Assembly: GCA_951406725.2 (NCBI GenBank)
Contig: OX597818.1
Coordinates: 79,980,001 to 80,044,000, forward strand
DNA: 64,000 nt
Direction: 5' to 3'
Source of the DNA: Octopus vulgaris
Lineage: Eukaryota
Part shown: positions 25,566 to 40,561 of the stretch, one piece after another
Layout: each line of letters opens with the position of its first letter
Numbering within the stretch: position 1 is the stretch's first letter
Made by a program: the position numbers and the translations under genes
Notes under the pieces: generated by a model
What the model saw: the letters and a program-made list of their open reading frames with translations, nothing else
The model's database searches: none
Told to the model about the DNA's origin: nothing

Positions 25566-27315
25566 CACGTATATATATATATATATGAGCGCACGCATGT
25601 GTGTATGTTAAAGTTTGATTTTATGTAAAGTAACATATTAAAACAATTTAACATTAAATAAAAGGTCACTCAACAGTTTTTAGTAGTACATATTCCTTTC
25701 TACTCAAGGCACAAGGCCTGAAATTTGGGGGGAGGGGGCCAGTCGATTAGATCGACTCCAATACGCAATTGATACTTAGTTTATCGATCCCGAAAGGATG
25801 AAAGGCCTCGGTGGAATTTGAACTCAGAACGTAGCGGCAGACGATATACCGCTAAGCATTTCGCCCAGCGTGCTAACGTTTCTGCCAGCTCGCCGCCTTA
25901 GTAGCATATATTAACTCTTACTAGGACAACTTGACAGTGACTTCTAAGTTTCGGTTTCTCTCTTGATGTCTCTCACTAGTTTTCTAAGACAGTCATTATT
26001 TGTCGTTGATAGATATAAAGTGGTTGCTTCGTTCCCTTATTTATTTCTGGGTGGTTAATTTACCACTCAACATGAGATTCACAACTCCAGTGTATTGTGT
26101 GTCTAAACGACTAATAGTCTTTTGGTTAATAGCAGTTGGCAGGGTAAACAATTACTGAAACAGCTACATGTTTCATGAGGTAGCTTTTAAGGATCATTTC
26201 TTAAGCATGTGTCGCAGCAACGATATCCGACTCTGTTGAGCTGATCAACAATATCACGATGATGTGAGACTGTATTGAGTCCTGAGCATGAAACAGGTTT
26301 TTCTCTACTATTCACTCCTCTCTTTTTACGAAAACCACTGAGGATCGTTCTTGAGAGGTTTAATTACTTCTTACCGAAGAACTCAGTACTTTCTGAGTTA
26401 GAAGGAAAAAGTGAAGGTGCATTGCTCAGTGGTTAGAGCGTTGTGTTCTTGAGCAAGACAGAATTCGCTCACCAGTAGAAATGAGTTGCGACGTCACTGG
26501 TGCCAAACTGTATCAGCTTTTGCCTTTCCCTTGAATAACATCGGTAGCGTGAAGAGGAGAGGCTTAAATGCACGGGCGACTGTTGGTCTGCCATAAACAA
26601 CCTTGTCCGGACTTCTGCCTCGAATGGGAACTTTCTAAGTGCAATCCCAAGGTTATTCATGACCGAGGGGCTGGTCTTTACCCGTATGGTAAATATTCTA
26701 TATTTTATTGATATCGTATATTTGATGTACATTCTTCTCACTTGCTTAATTCACACAGACATAAATGATAGCACCGACTACCTATTGTGTCACGGTACAC
26801 TTTCAGTGATTAAATACCTCGCTCAGATGAACTAAAATTGTACTGCTTTCATCTATCTGTCTATCTATCTATCTATCTATCTCTTTGCCTCTCTGTGTGT
26901 GTGTGCGCGCGCGTGTATGTGTGTGTGTCGTAGGCATGGCTCTGTGACGAGGGAGTTTGCTTCCTGGCCACTTGGTTTTAGGTTCAGCCTACTGCGTGGC
27001 AGATACGGTGTCCTTACTATAGCAGTGGACTGGCCTATCTCCAATGAGTGAATATGATATACGGAAATTGTACAAAAGTTGTTAAATGTATGCAGGTATG
27101 AGTATGTCCATATATGTGTGCGTGTGTACACATTTCTCTGTGTGAACGTTTATACTCTCCTCCTTAAAAAATATACGCTGAACTACGATGTTATTTCCTG
27201 ACTTGCTGATACTTCCTCTTAACAAATCGTTTTATATATGTATGTATATATGCATCACGATGTGTTACCGCTACTGTTTATAACTCGCTCTGAGATTTAT
27301 CATTATATATATATA

Positions 27316-27689
27316 CTAGCAGTATCGCCCGGCGTTGCTCAGGTTTGTAAGGGAAATAACTATAAAGCATTTTTAGAGAGTTATAGCCCAAAAATAGCAA
27401 AAAAATGGAAAAAGATTATAGTAATTTTTTTTTAGTTAAAAAAGGTGGAGTTGCGTCCCCTAGACAGTTTCCGGTTTGTGTTTCTGATTCTCGACCCCAT
27501 GTCGAATTTATCGATTTTTTTCAGAACTGGGGGAACTTTTCAAAATTTTCGCTGCGTTAGTTTTGAATTATGACATTGGGCTATGTGTGTGTCAAGTTTC
27601 ATCAGAATCGGTTGAAAGCCGTGGTCAGGGTGAGGGTACAAGCAAACAGACACACAGAAACACGCACAGACAAACTGCCGTTTATATAT

Positions 27690-27694
<5 letters not shown>
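27316..27694 (-). mobile_element. Non-autonomous Helitron
   Basis: Minus strand A|TCTCTATATATAAA...GAGCAACGCCGGGCGATACTGCTAG|T, inserted in (TA)n. Confidence 0.72.
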
Positions 27695-27724
<30 letters not shown>

Positions 27725-28447
27725 ATATTATATTATATCATATTATATGAACAAAGTAAAACAAAACAGGAAAGATTGTTTATGTAATATTTATTTGCAC
27801 CATCTCTCACGCATTTCATTAGCAGTTATGTAAGGATACATTTTAAAATCAGACTACATCGTCAAATCTTCAGAGATTGGGTAAGACTCGTTTAATAATC
27901 TTTAGTAATCATACCGAGTAGACGAGAGCTTTATCTCATAAAGTACTATAACAACTATTTTAAATTAGGTCAAGAGTAATATGTTTTCGTATGCTCTTTT
28001 GGCTTTATTTTCTAGTTCCAATGAATAAGGAAAGAATCAATTTTCAAGGCTCTTTCATTGGAATTTAAGCAACACAAATTGGATAGTCATATGTTTATGT
28101 ATAAATGTAAGTATATAGGTATAAGGTTATTGCTATGATTATTGAAGACTGGGAGAAGGTGACAGAAAATCGATCGACTTGGAAAGAAATGATCTGCAAT
28201 GGTTGTAAATACGGTGCATCGGCTGCTTCATCTTGAGACGAACTCTTCTTAAACAGGATTTTACTTCAATCCTAGAAACTTTTCTACTTGAAAAGATCTC
28301 TAACGTCTACAATAGGGTCTGTTTGATCAAAACCGGATATATTTGTCATATAATATATCATGACTAATTGAAGAGATGGCTAGCTTCTGTAAAGAAGTGG
28401 CAATCACTATGTATACAAGCACGTAAATATGTATATATATATGTTTG

Positions 28448-28481
<34 letters not shown>

Positions 28482-29534
28482 TGTATGTATGTATGTATGT
28501 ATGTATGTATGTATGTATGTATGTATGTATGTATGTGAGGGCGTACATATGTTTGCATATATCTATGTTTGTATGTGTGATATATTATGTGAAGAAGAAA
28601 CGACGCAAATAATCTTTAATCAGTTACAGAATATGTTCTGTTGACCCGTTGACCTGATCACTGGTGCATGGTACCCTATGCTAGTTATTATGACCAGGTG
28701 TAAAAAAAACACACTAAAATTGCTTCAAATTTTGCCACAATTTTGGGGGAGGGTTAAGTCGATTACACTGACCCCTGTGCATAATAAGTACTTATTTTAT
28801 CGGTCCCGTAAGATTAACAAGCAAATTGGACCTCGTCAGCATTTGAACCCGTATTTTTCTTAAAACCGGAAACAATTTCGCTGAGCATTTTGTCCGAAGC
28901 GCTAACGATCCTGCCAGCTCGCCGCCTTAACACTTACTATAATACATTCTGAAACTATTTACAAATTCATTTTCAGCCATATCACTATATCGTTGTGTGC
29001 GTGCGCATGTGTGTGTGTGTCTGTGTGTGTCTGTGTGTGTGTGTGTGTGTGTCTGTCTGTGTGTGTGTGTGTGTCTATGTCTGTGCACATAGATAGAAAC
29101 ATACAAAGAGAGAGAGAGAGAGAGAGAGAGAGACTCTGTTGGTTATTTTCTGTAGTGCCAACCTTCGGACCAAAGTATCTGATGTTAGTTCTAATAACCA
29201 GCACTGCGCCGTGTCCTCCACATTAGCAGTTAACTTTCAATAGACCAGTCCACCTGGTTGTAAATAGGTTACATGAAAACTTACATATGGCTGTTATAGA
29301 CTTCAGAATCAGTCGTAGAGCAATCGAATTAGTGGTGTGGCTAAACATGAATCCGTTGCTAATATGTTTGTTGTTATAATTGTTGCTAATTTTCTTAAAC
29401 ATCTGTAAATAGTGCTTCAGCTTTCCAAAATGTGTTTTTGCTAAAAGAAAAAAAATCGGAAATAAACCAGTTTTGTCCATGAATTAATCACACAGTTATG
29501 TACCATATTGTTTTTGTATCTATTTATTTAATAG

Positions 29535-29651
29535 TAACCTGTGCGAAGGGAAATGGTGGCTGCCAACACCGATGCAAAGATACTGAATTAGGACCAGAAT
29601 GCAGATGTGTGTCAAAATATAATCTTGGAGGAGATAAGAAGTCTTGTATAG
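29535..29651 (+). CDS. SCUBE: SCUBE exon (EGF 5)
   Basis: ATAG acceptor, G|GTAAGT donor, 117 bp. LTCAKGNGGCQHRCKDTELGPECRCVSKYNLGGDKKSCI resembles vertebrate SCUBE EGF5 (LTCxxGNGGCQHxCxDTxxGPxCxC). Confidence 0.93.
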
Positions 29652-32387
29652 GTAAGTTGGAAGATAACTATTTTGTTTTATATTTCATATGCCTCCAAAA
29701 CAAGATCACTCACAGACATTCCAGCAGATACAGGACAGCTGAGGCCTTTTAGGTCTTTAACTGCTCATCTAAGAGAAGGTAACTCTGTACAAATCCTGCA
29801 ACCTGATGATAAGTCTCGGGCTCATAGTATTTGTTGCACCAAATGAAAACAAGTTTGATGAGCAAAAGAGTGGGATTGGCTCTGCGCAAACCATACCTCC
29901 ATCGTAATATTCATCGAGCAGATTGACCAACAAGCCAAAATACCAGCACCATCACACTTTCTTAATAGGTTCTAAGGCGACAAGGAAAGAAGTGATGAAG
30001 ACAAGTAGAGGATGCTACTGGAAATCTTTCAGCTTTAACGCTGTACAGTTAGCCATAGTGTTGTTTACAACAGTGTCTTACTGAACCTCGTACAATATCG
30101 ATCCGTCCAAGTTATTTACTGCGTCAACTAAATGAACATTGCCACTACAGTAGGGAATTATAAATGCAAATGACTCTGTTAGGAAAAATAAATTACAACG
30201 GTAATTGTACAATTTTTTTTTACATATGCACACAATTACACTAAGCAAGATTAAGTAAAATGCAATTATGCATTAATTAACCAGCAGGCGATTTCAACTT
30301 TGGATGCAAGCGAAATTTTGTCAGCAGGTGTGAGAGGGTTCTCTACAACAATACGTTTATTATCATTGTTATCAATCGAGAATATGGGTGACAGCCAAGA
30401 CAACGATCATTTAACTGAGAAGATTTTGTCATATATTCATAAAAGTGTTAAGTACAGCATAGATGATTGAATCTATTTCTATTTTCTGTCATTTTTTGGA
30501 TTAAATACAATACAATGTCGCCGTGTTGCAGAGTTTTTGAGATATTAGGTCACCTTTTGATGTATAGCGCATTTTTCGGGCGAGGTTGACCCTGTATCTG
30601 CATATATATATGTAGGCCTAGGTAAGATACATTTTTGAAGACTGACCGTTACCTATGCATGCAAGTCTCTTCACTCTCCATGCTAGTGAAGTTTAGCATC
30701 AGTGCCGTTACAAAACAGATATCACAAGGCGTCTCTCTCGAGTTCAATACCCTGGAATTGTACTTTGTTATCGGCCCCCTTAAAGATGAAAGGTAAAGTT
30801 GGCCTCGGCGTGATCTGAACTCAGATCGTAGGGTTTCACAAGTACCAGGAGGTATTCTATCCAACACTATAATGACTCAGCCAGTTTACTATTCTTTTTT
30901 TTTTTTTACATATTTTACCTATTTATCTACGGATAAATATATTGTATACGATTAAAGGCTCTGAATTGTATATGTGGGAATCGCCTCCAAAGGGTTAAAG
31001 CGTCGGTTTCTACAATTGCATACATTTTCTTGAACGTTTGGACTCCAAATGCCAGGTACTAGGTTTCTATTTTCGTATGAGTGAGCGCGTTCACAGCCAT
31101 ATCCCTGAACGGGACACGGGTCCGTTGCAGGATTCAAGCCAATAGTATAGAGAAGGGGGGCAAGTTGGTTACATCCACCCCTATATTTGACTGGTACTTT
31201 ATCTTATCGACCCAGAATGGATGAAAGGTAAATTTGGTTTCGGTGAGATTTGAACTCAGAACGTAAAGAGCCAGAAGTAATGCCGCTAAGCATTTTGTTC
31301 GATGCGTAAACAGTTCTGCCTGCTCGTCTCCTTACAGTAATGTAATAGCATACAACAAATACTTTCTTATATAGGCACAAACCTTGAAATCTAAGAGAGG
31401 AAAAAGTCAGTCACAACGACCCAGTACTTCACTGATACTTTATTTTAATGACCCCGAAAAGATAGAAAGCAGAGTTGACTCACCTCTCAACATAATGTGT
31501 CGGAAGAAATGCGGTTAAGCATTTAGTCCGACAAGCATCCAATTTTACTAGCTCTCCACTTACAATTAAATAATTGTATGTAATAAATAAATACGCTTAG
31601 TTATTTACAGTGTTGGACGTTATTCTATAAGCCCTAAGTAACTGATAGTGGTATGTTCATTACATTTAAATCTTTAGTTTGACAAAAGGATTAGACAGAA
31701 AGCTTTATTATTAATATACTTGTCTCAAATTCAGAAGACTTATTAAAGAATCGTTATTTAGGAATTTTTACATCGTTTATTAACTAACTTGCGTTGTTTT
31801 CTTGCTGCAGTACATACCAGAGTATAGAAAAATTATATTCAAATGGTTTCTAATTTAATAAATTTAGTAACCATGATTTATTACATAATAAGTAGATACT
31901 TAAACGTAAATGATTTTGACGTAAAAAGATTTTGACGTAAAATATGTAACTGATATAAAATAGCTTAGAATAATGTTACTGCTTAGATAGTTATAACATT
32001 TGAAACAGCAACAAAAAGATGGATTGCAATATAATAAACTTCTCTTATTAATTAGAGATTCGCATAAGAGTTTCACAGCAAGACACAAAAATGATCTTTC
32101 TTTGAACTCAGAAATTTTAGTAACACGGTTAAAAAAGGTAATCTGTGTGAATGCAAGGGATGTGAACGAGTGATTAAGAAATTCACTTGACATATACATA
32201 GTTCGATACCTCTGGTGGCACCCTATACCTATGCCTTCTACCGTAGGGTTGAATTGACCAATGTCGCGTGCGGGAAATTTGTTAAATAAAAAATGATGCA
32301 GAATCCCGCCCTACATATATATATATATACAATGCATACATATACATGCATACATATTTATGTATATGTGTGTATATATACATATAC

Positions 32388-32464
<77 letters not shown>

Positions 32465-33339
32465 TATATATATGTATACATACACATATATCTATATGTA
32501 TCATCACCATATATGTAACATTAGCCTCTTTGGAATCTGCTTGATCCTATATATACATATACATACATGTATATGTGTGTGTGTGTGTGTGTGCGTGTGT
32601 GTATAATCTGTTTGATCATATGTGTATATATATATACATACACATATGTATTTGTATGTATATATAGGGTCAAGCAGATTCCAAAGAGGCTGATGTTGGT
32701 CAACGTCGGCAAGACTTATATACTAAATAGAAAAATCGATAAAAACAAAAAAGTACAGTGAATTTTTCGTGAGGATTAGAAAATCCGACAATTTGGAAAA
32801 AGTTGAATGGAAGGAAATTAATGATAGATTGCTGATTTTTACGCCCCTAAAAAAATCACCTATAGAAATAGACGAATGTGATAAGATTCATAACAAAAAA
32901 GTATTATAGAAATATCATAAACTGAACTCAATATGATATTGGAGGTAAAAATACACTAGCGATCTCAGCTATAAACAATAACCTTATCATAACTCCAAAC
33001 AGCATTCTGAAGCTGTTATCACAGAGCTTTTATAGTAAGCTATACATAACGCCACGCATCAATATGAAATAAAATAGGCTTGATACTAATAGAGAACTAC
33101 TACGATGCAACAACAGTGTGACTACAAAAATTCTCCCAAGCAAGCAAAGGAAAACTGTTAAGCATCATAAGGAATATAAATAAAATTGCCTCTTATCAGG
33201 AAAGGACAAGGCACAAATCACAAGCTAATCTCACTGAAGAAGATTTACTTAATGACAAAATAACAGAAAAGATAATTTTTTTTTAAATGACAAAATTAGA
33301 ATAGAGTGGATTATAAAAGACAAAAATGGAGAATAAAAC

Positions 33340-33540
33340 CATTCTTTGGCAATACCCTTCAAGAGTCAACTCTGGCTCGAACTCTCCGGACTAAATGTTG
33401 ACTTGGAATCTCTGGTTTTTGCTGCACTTAATAAACGCCAAGCCTCAAGATGGATAAGAACGAAATAATGAAAAACAGACTAACAGCAAATGCAATCATG
33501 ACAGAGAGACAATGAGACATCACAAACTAAGCAATCATCG
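33340..33540 (+). mobile_element. Old R4-like retrotransposon relic
   Basis: KSQLWLELSGLNVDLESLVFAALNK resembles the R4-clade W.WL..xLKxETExLIxAAQ block. Heavily decayed. Confidence 0.4.
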
Positions 33541-34645
33541 CAATGAGACAATGAGAAAAATGGCCACAAAGCACTGTGCTGTCTGACCTTTTTATGGTCA
33601 GATTTGAGTCGACACAACCGAGTAGCAGCTACCTCTATAGGACAGACCGAAGGAAAAACAGAGAAGTGGTTTAAACACAGCAATGAACTCCATATTTTAC
33701 GAAATGACGTACAGGAATCTGCCTCAGGAACAACGACCACACCTATTCACTTCCAAGGAATCTATACAAATGCACCAACCTCATTCATGCTTGCGCATTA
33801 TCAATTACGGCATACTGAGTCCCTGCGCGGAGGTGTGCGGTAGCAGAAGGATTTTTCGAAACACAAGAACGCTTCATTCCTACTTGAGATGAAAGAGGAA
33901 ATGCACCGATCTAGTTAGGCAGTATATACATGATGATGGATTAAGGCGGCGAGCGATCAGAATCGTTACTATATCGGAAAAAAAGCATTTCTTCCGTCTT
34001 CACGTTCTGAGTTTAAATTTCGCCGAGGTACATAGTTTTGGGGTCGATAAATTAAGTGCCAGTTGAGATCTGGGGTCGATGTAATTTACTTATCCTTTCC
34101 CCAAAAACTGCTGGCCTTATATATATATATATAAATGGAACAAGAACGCAAAACATCCAGACAGGTGATACAAAAAAGGGACAACAAAACATCCAGTTAG
34201 ACGATACAAAGTAAACAAGGACAGGTCATTCGGAGTTTTCTTTCCTCAGTCGAGTTCCAGATTATCTTTGCAATTTCGGCTGGTTATACTCGAGATTGTT
34301 CCAAGGAAAAACTAAGCTAAGAGCATTAGATTCCTTGGAAGAAAGCAGCGAATGTATACGAAAACAAGGACGGAAAAAAAACGGAATATGTTACACAAAT
34401 ACAAATAACAGGACATAACAACAGGTTTCTTTCGACTAAGGACGAATTAAATAAAGCTGGCGTGTGTGGAAATAAAGCCTTACGGCAGGGGATGGAAGTG
34501 GTACAAACATTCGTAAACTTTGTTCGACATAAGAAACTCCCAATTATAAATATCAAAGATTAGAAGGAAAATATCTGCACTCTGATAAACAAGACGATTC
34601 TTTCTGTCCAAAATATCGCCCAAAAGGAAACCGTGAAACTACCAA

Positions 34646-34741
<96 letters not shown>

Positions 34742-35768
34742 TACATACACACACACACATACACACACACATGCACAATCATCGCCTAAAAATATTACAC
34801 TAACTGTTATATAATCGACACTAAATACTCATACCGAACACGACCAACACTCACACAACTTATGTATAAGTGTCATTCAATAAAGCATCACAACACACAG
34901 CCCAAATGAAATACAACCACCATAGCAACAAAATAAAACATTTCATATCGCACCTCTGCTATGCCTAAGTGATAAAGCAAAACCAACACAGAAAACTACA
35001 AAACAAATTACACACTAAAGCAAATCACATGAAACACACAGCTACGCTTCCCAACCACATGATTCCGGGTTCAGTCCCACTACATGGAACCTTCAGCAAG
35101 TGTCTTTTAATAAAGCCTCGAGCTGACCAAAAACTTATGAGCGGAACTGGTAAACAGAAACCAAAAGAAGCTCGTCGTATATGCGTGTGCGTGTGTGTGT
35201 GTGTCTTTGTGTCTGTTCCGCATCGTTACTTGACAGCTGGTGTTGATGTGTTTATATCCCCTTAACTTAGCAGTTCAGCAAAATAGTTGATAAAATGACT
35301 ATCAGGCTTTGAGAAAAAAGTACTGGGCTCGAGTCATTCGACTAAAGATTTTTCAAGGCTGTGCCCCAGCATGCCGCAGTCTACTTACTGAAACAAATAA
35401 TAGAGTAAAATACAAATTTATAACTCTTAAAAGATACTGATGCATGTACCCGGGGTATATGAGGGTTCACGGGGTAATGCAAGTGGTAAATCGCATGTAA
35501 TTGTTGAAAAGTACATAACTTAAATCTGAAACTGAAGGATTTTTTATTGTCACCAGAAACTAGTAAACATAGAAGATATGTCCTTATAAGTGGTCAGCTA
35601 TATATATATAGCCAATCAAAGAACCACCATGGACCCAGATATTTACCGTGGCTAGCAAAGGCAGTTGACCTATTACCAGCTATATGTTTTCCGTCTTGCA
35701 ACGTAGAACCATATAGTACTATGTAGATTATGCTTGAAGGAATTGATGAGGCCTTAATGGTAAAGAAA

Positions 35769-35955
35769 GTGTCTTCTCGGTCTTTTGGCTAAGATCAAAG
35801 TGTAATCTGTTCTTATCAGTTTGATATCTGATACGGTCCCTATATGAAGCCATCAATATTAAACTAATTTTTAGAACGAGAGAAGAGTTAGGGGCTTGCT
35901 CCGCCTATGCCACGGGTTCATCTGGTATTACAGTACTTCCAGGATTCATCCCTCC
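35769..35955 (+). pseudogene. U2 snRNA-like copy (probable pseudogene or variant)
   Basis: CTTCTCGGTCTTTTGGCTAAGATCAAAGTGTA--ATCTGTTCTTATCAGTTTGATATCTGATACG, Sm-like AATTTTTAG, GGGGCTTGCTCC, and stem-loop IV CTGGTATTACAGTACTTCCAG are colinear with metazoan U2. The GTAGTA motif lacks 2 nt. Confidence 0.9.
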
Positions 35956-36828
35956 TCCTAACCGTTAAAAGTGTCAATACTTCTTTTGACATAGCCATCA
36001 GGCAGAGGAAAACTGATGATGATGGCAGTGGTAACAGTGGTGAAGGTCGTGGTGGAGGTGGTAGTGGAGGTGATGATGCAATGGTAATGGTGGTGGTAGT
36101 GGTGGCGGTGGAAGCGGCGGCGGTGGCGGTGTAGGCGGTGGCGGCGGCGGCGGTGGGGGGTTAGTAACGGTGGTGATAGGTGACGTTCCAGTAGTCCGAT
36201 TATCACTATTATTTCTCCCGTCGACGTTACCGGTGATGATGGTACTGGTAGTGGTTAGGTTACTGTTGTCGATGCTATTACTACTGTCAGCAGTGTTGAT
36301 GGTGGTGGTGCTGGTATTGTTAGTGGTCGTGGTGTTGTTGGTGGTTGAGAACATCTTTCTCTATTTCCTCTTCCCCTTCTTCTTCCTTCTCTTCGTTTTT
36401 TCCCTTTCTTCTCACCATCCTTATTTTCGCATCACACGACGCCTCTTGCAAATTTTGTCTTTTAGTATTAATTTAAAAAACAAAATTGAAGAAAACGTTT
36501 TTTAACGAACTCTGCCCCTTGCTGGGACAGACAAGGAAATGATCACCACCACCACCAATCCACACATACACACCTCATAACCCCGGCCACTCTGGTAACA
36601 AAATATACAAAAAAAATTCAAACTAACAAATCTCTAAACAACTCAAACAAAAATCAAGTTTTCTCAAGATTCACAGTTGTGAAATACGACTTATGTGGAT
36701 GAGAAAAAAAAGAATATAAATAAATAAATAAATAATTCTTTCCGTCGTAGGTACAAAGCCTGAAATTTTGAGAGAGGGGGGGCAATCAATTACGTCGACC
36801 TCTAGTGCTCATCTGGTACTTATTTTAC

Positions 36829-38148
36829 CATCGGGGGAAGTTATGAAGCAGGTAGAAGAAACGGGCTATAAGTACTTGGGGATTTTGGAAATGGATAAAT
36901 TGATGGAGAAATAAATGGCAGGAAAATTTAAGGTGGAGTAATTGCGCAGACTGAGACTGATACTTAAGTCGAAAGTAAACGGACGGAATAAGATCGAAGC
37001 TATCAACGCCTGGGCGGTTTCACTCAGATATGGAGCAGGGGTAATCGCATGGACGAACTAAACAGCTTAGAAAGAAGGACAAGAATGTTACTAACTAGAT
37101 ATAGGTCACTCCACCCAAAATGTGACACAGACAGACTGTATGTACCAAGAAAAAGAGGGGAGGAGGACTTATTGGATGCGAACACAACATAAGAGCAGAA
37201 GAAAACAACATAGCATGGTATGTAAAAATGCCACAGAACCACTGTCATTAGAAGTAAGAAGGTCAGGTTGTGTAGGATGAAAGATTGCAAAGATAAAGCA
37301 CTAAACAAGAAATTGAAAACGAATGAAACTGAAAATAGGTGGGTAAAGAAAAGAATGCATGGTAAATTTTATAGAGATATTGAAGATAAGACAGAGAAAA
37401 AAGATAGCTGTGGATGACTAAAAGTGATTTAAAACCGGAAACGGAGGATCTAATCTGCGCTGCTCCATAAAATACAGAATAGACAACACAGAAGAAAGTG
37501 ATAAGTGCAGAATCTGTGGACAAAACGGTGAAACCGTATGGCATATTACCCATGTATGCCACAAGCCCAGAAGGAATATAAGAGACGTCACGACAATATA
37601 GCCAGGCTTGTCCACTGGAGACTTTGCAACAAGTATGGACTTGACAGAGCAAAATATTGGTACAACCACAAACCTGAAGGCATCATCGAAAATAGAAATG
37701 CAAAGATCTTATGGGATTTTATGATTCAGTGCGACCATGAAATAGAGAATAGGAAGCCAGACATAGTCTTAATTGAGAAAGAAAACAAACTATGCTGGAT
37801 CATAGATATAGCATACCCAGCTAACAACAAGGTATGCGATAAGGAAGAAAGAAAAGTTGAGTGATATGACAGGTTAGCTTGGGAAGTTAAGCAGTTGTGG
37901 TCGATGAAAAAGGTAGCAGTAGTACCAATAATTGTCGGAGCCCTGGGAACAGTGAGCAAAAATCTCGAGAAGTACGTGGAACAAATAGACGCTGCAATAA
38001 GGGTGGATCACTTGCAGAAAACAGCACTGCTTGGGACCGCTGGAATACTCCGGAAGGTGCTCGAAAAATAAGAGGTGTTACTTTAGTTCACTGATAGTGG
38101 ACAGCTGACACTGTAGTACAGCTCCAGCGTTAGAAGCTGTGCAAAGGC

Positions 38149-38207
<59 letters not shown>

Positions 38208-38215
38208 TAATAATA
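36829..38215 (+). mobile_element. 5'-truncated R4/Dong-clade non-LTR retrotransposon with (TAA)n tail
   Basis: YKYLGILE (end of RT), DRLYVPRKRG, CCHC knuckle CRICGQNGETVWH, YKRRHD, restriction-like endonuclease RKPDIVLI...IID, and LQKTALLGT..ILRKVL. Several stops and frameshifts. Confidence 0.9.
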
Positions 38216-39253
38216 AAGAAAAGGACGAGTAGGATTTCTATTCCGAGGGCAGCCACAACTTCTTTCGCGCAAAAGGCCTTCGCTGAGTGGTTAAGAAATT
38301 TCTTTTGTAGTTATGTAATATCAGGTTCACTCCTGGACAGTATCTTCTACTATAACCCCTGGGACAGCTAACACCTTGAAAGTGAATTTGGTTGACAAAA
38401 ACAGTGGAAGCCCGTCGAGAGGGGGAAGGGCGTGCGCCTTAGTGTTTGTCCCCACACTACTTAACAACCGGTGTTTGTTTGTTTACTCTCAGTTACTTAT
38501 CGGTTATAAGAATCGGTATTAAACTTTAAAAACAGAAGAAATAAATATCAGACTCTAAAACAAAATTAAATAAATACTGGTGAAAAGCAACAATAGTCAG
38601 ATATTCACGTTCTTATTCATAAAAAAACTTATTAAGAGTGAACAGATACGTTATCGTTTAGATTCTCACTGTTCTGCGTGAACCTCATGGATTATTATTA
38701 TTTGAATATCCTCTATTCTGTTATTCTTTTATTCTTTTGGGTTTTTTCTTTAAATCAGCCGCAGTACTTATTTCCAAACCTCGTACTTATTGTGTCGGTG
38801 TCCTTTTGCCGAACCGCTTATTTCGGGGATGTAAACACACCAACACCAGTTGTCAAGCGTGGTGGAGATAAACACAGACACGAACACACACATACACACA
38901 CGCACACACACACACGACAACACAAACACACACACACATACACACACGCGCGCGTAGGACTTCTTTCAGTCTATGTCAACCAAAATTTACTCACAAGGCT
39001 TAGGTTGATCCAGGGCTTTAGTTGAAGACACTTGCCCAAGATGGCCCATTATGAGATTGAACCCATGACCACACAATTGGGAAGCATGTTTCTTCCCACA
39101 CAACCACGCCTACAGTTGTATACAAAGAAATGCTATTTCTATAGATCTGATTATGTATTATAGTAGAATATATTAGAGGGTGTTGTATTTGTAAAGTATA
39201 TTGTTTTGTTTTATATATAAAATATATTGTTTTGTTTTGTTCTTTTGTTTCAG

Positions 39254-39370
39254 CGTCCTGTAAAGTGAACAAAGGAGGCTGCCAGAAGCAATGTATCGAT
39301 ACGAAAACAGGGCCGAAATGTACGTGCCCCAGTGGTTACAAGTTACATACAGACAAGAAGAACTGTTTAG
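39254..39370 (+). CDS. SCUBE: SCUBE exon (EGF 6)
   Basis: TTTCAG acceptor, G|GTTAGT donor, 117 bp. ASCKVNKGGCQKQCIDTKTGPKCTCPSGYKLHTDKKNCL. Confidence 0.92.
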
Positions 39371-40326
39371 GTTAGTGATTTAATAATTAAGCATTTTTAC
39401 AAATGAGCATATATGCCCCAGGTAAACCCATATCAGTACCTTACTAAACATTAGCTTAAAAGCCGCACTCCGACTTTTAAGCCAGTTCTTGTGGAAGGCT
39501 AAATGGCGATGCTGCCCCAAAACTAAACAGAGCTACATAGCATGACTACAGTACGTCTAAAGTGACTATATGCCCAGGTAATGTTTGATCAGAGGTTAAA
39601 GACGGATAGGAATTAATTCTGTAATGCAATCATACTATTGTTCCCGTCTCAGTTTGAATTCCAGCTGTTGGCCAATTTGTCCCAAAGTTTTTATCTCGAC
39701 GTAAAATTAACGAAGCGAATGTCATTTGTCTCTCCCTTGATCTCTGACGTCATCTGACAAATGCCAAGCAAGATGATGTGAATCAGCCAAGCTTTACCTG
39801 CTAGAAATAGCAACCCAAATGCTTTTAAATCATATCCCGTTGCTAGATGTTAAAGAATCAAATGAAGGGCAGATTTTCAATTCCGGGATCATCCTGATTC
39901 CAAAAAAGGTATATGTCTATGTAGAGCAAATGTAGGCTGAGATACAGCAGTCTCAGACGGACAGACAGAATTTCGCTTTTATTATTATAGACGTATGATT
40001 GCAGTAACATTGAATACCCTCATTCACTGAAGACTACTTGCAAAAGTTTAAATCTTGTGGTAGTGTTTCATCATGATCTATGAGTATATATGAAGAAACG
40101 TGTGTATATAAATCAATGGGGAATGTGAAGAGATGTGTGTATATTAACCAGTTAGTATTATGTGTAAATAAATATTTATAAATCAAAGTTTTTATAAACC
40201 AATGAATATATGTCAATAGATATGTTAAAAATAACCGAAATCATATATGTAAATAAATGCGCATATGAATACATAAGTATATATAAAGTGTATATAAACC
40301 AATGTGGATATGTGAATAAATGTATG

Positions 40327-40561
40327 TACGAGGGGATACTGAAAAGTTCGTGGCTTTGGGTAAAAGACAATGCAGAAGGATCAGTTAATTATGATTTTAT
40401 TCAACATATTCACACGCTTATTGCACACTCTCAGATTCGCACACTTATTGCGGCGGTCCTTCAGTTTCTGTAAGTCATGTAAAAGAACTCGGAAGGTTGG
40501 GCCTCCAACCAAGCCTTTCAAAATGCCCTTAAAGCCAGGAACTTTTCAGCATACCCTCGTG
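40327..40561. mobile_element. Mariner-derived MITE
   Basis: TACGAGGGGATACTGAAAAGTTC..GGCTTT / AAAGCCAGGAACTTTTCAGCATACCCTCGT. Confidence 0.78.
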
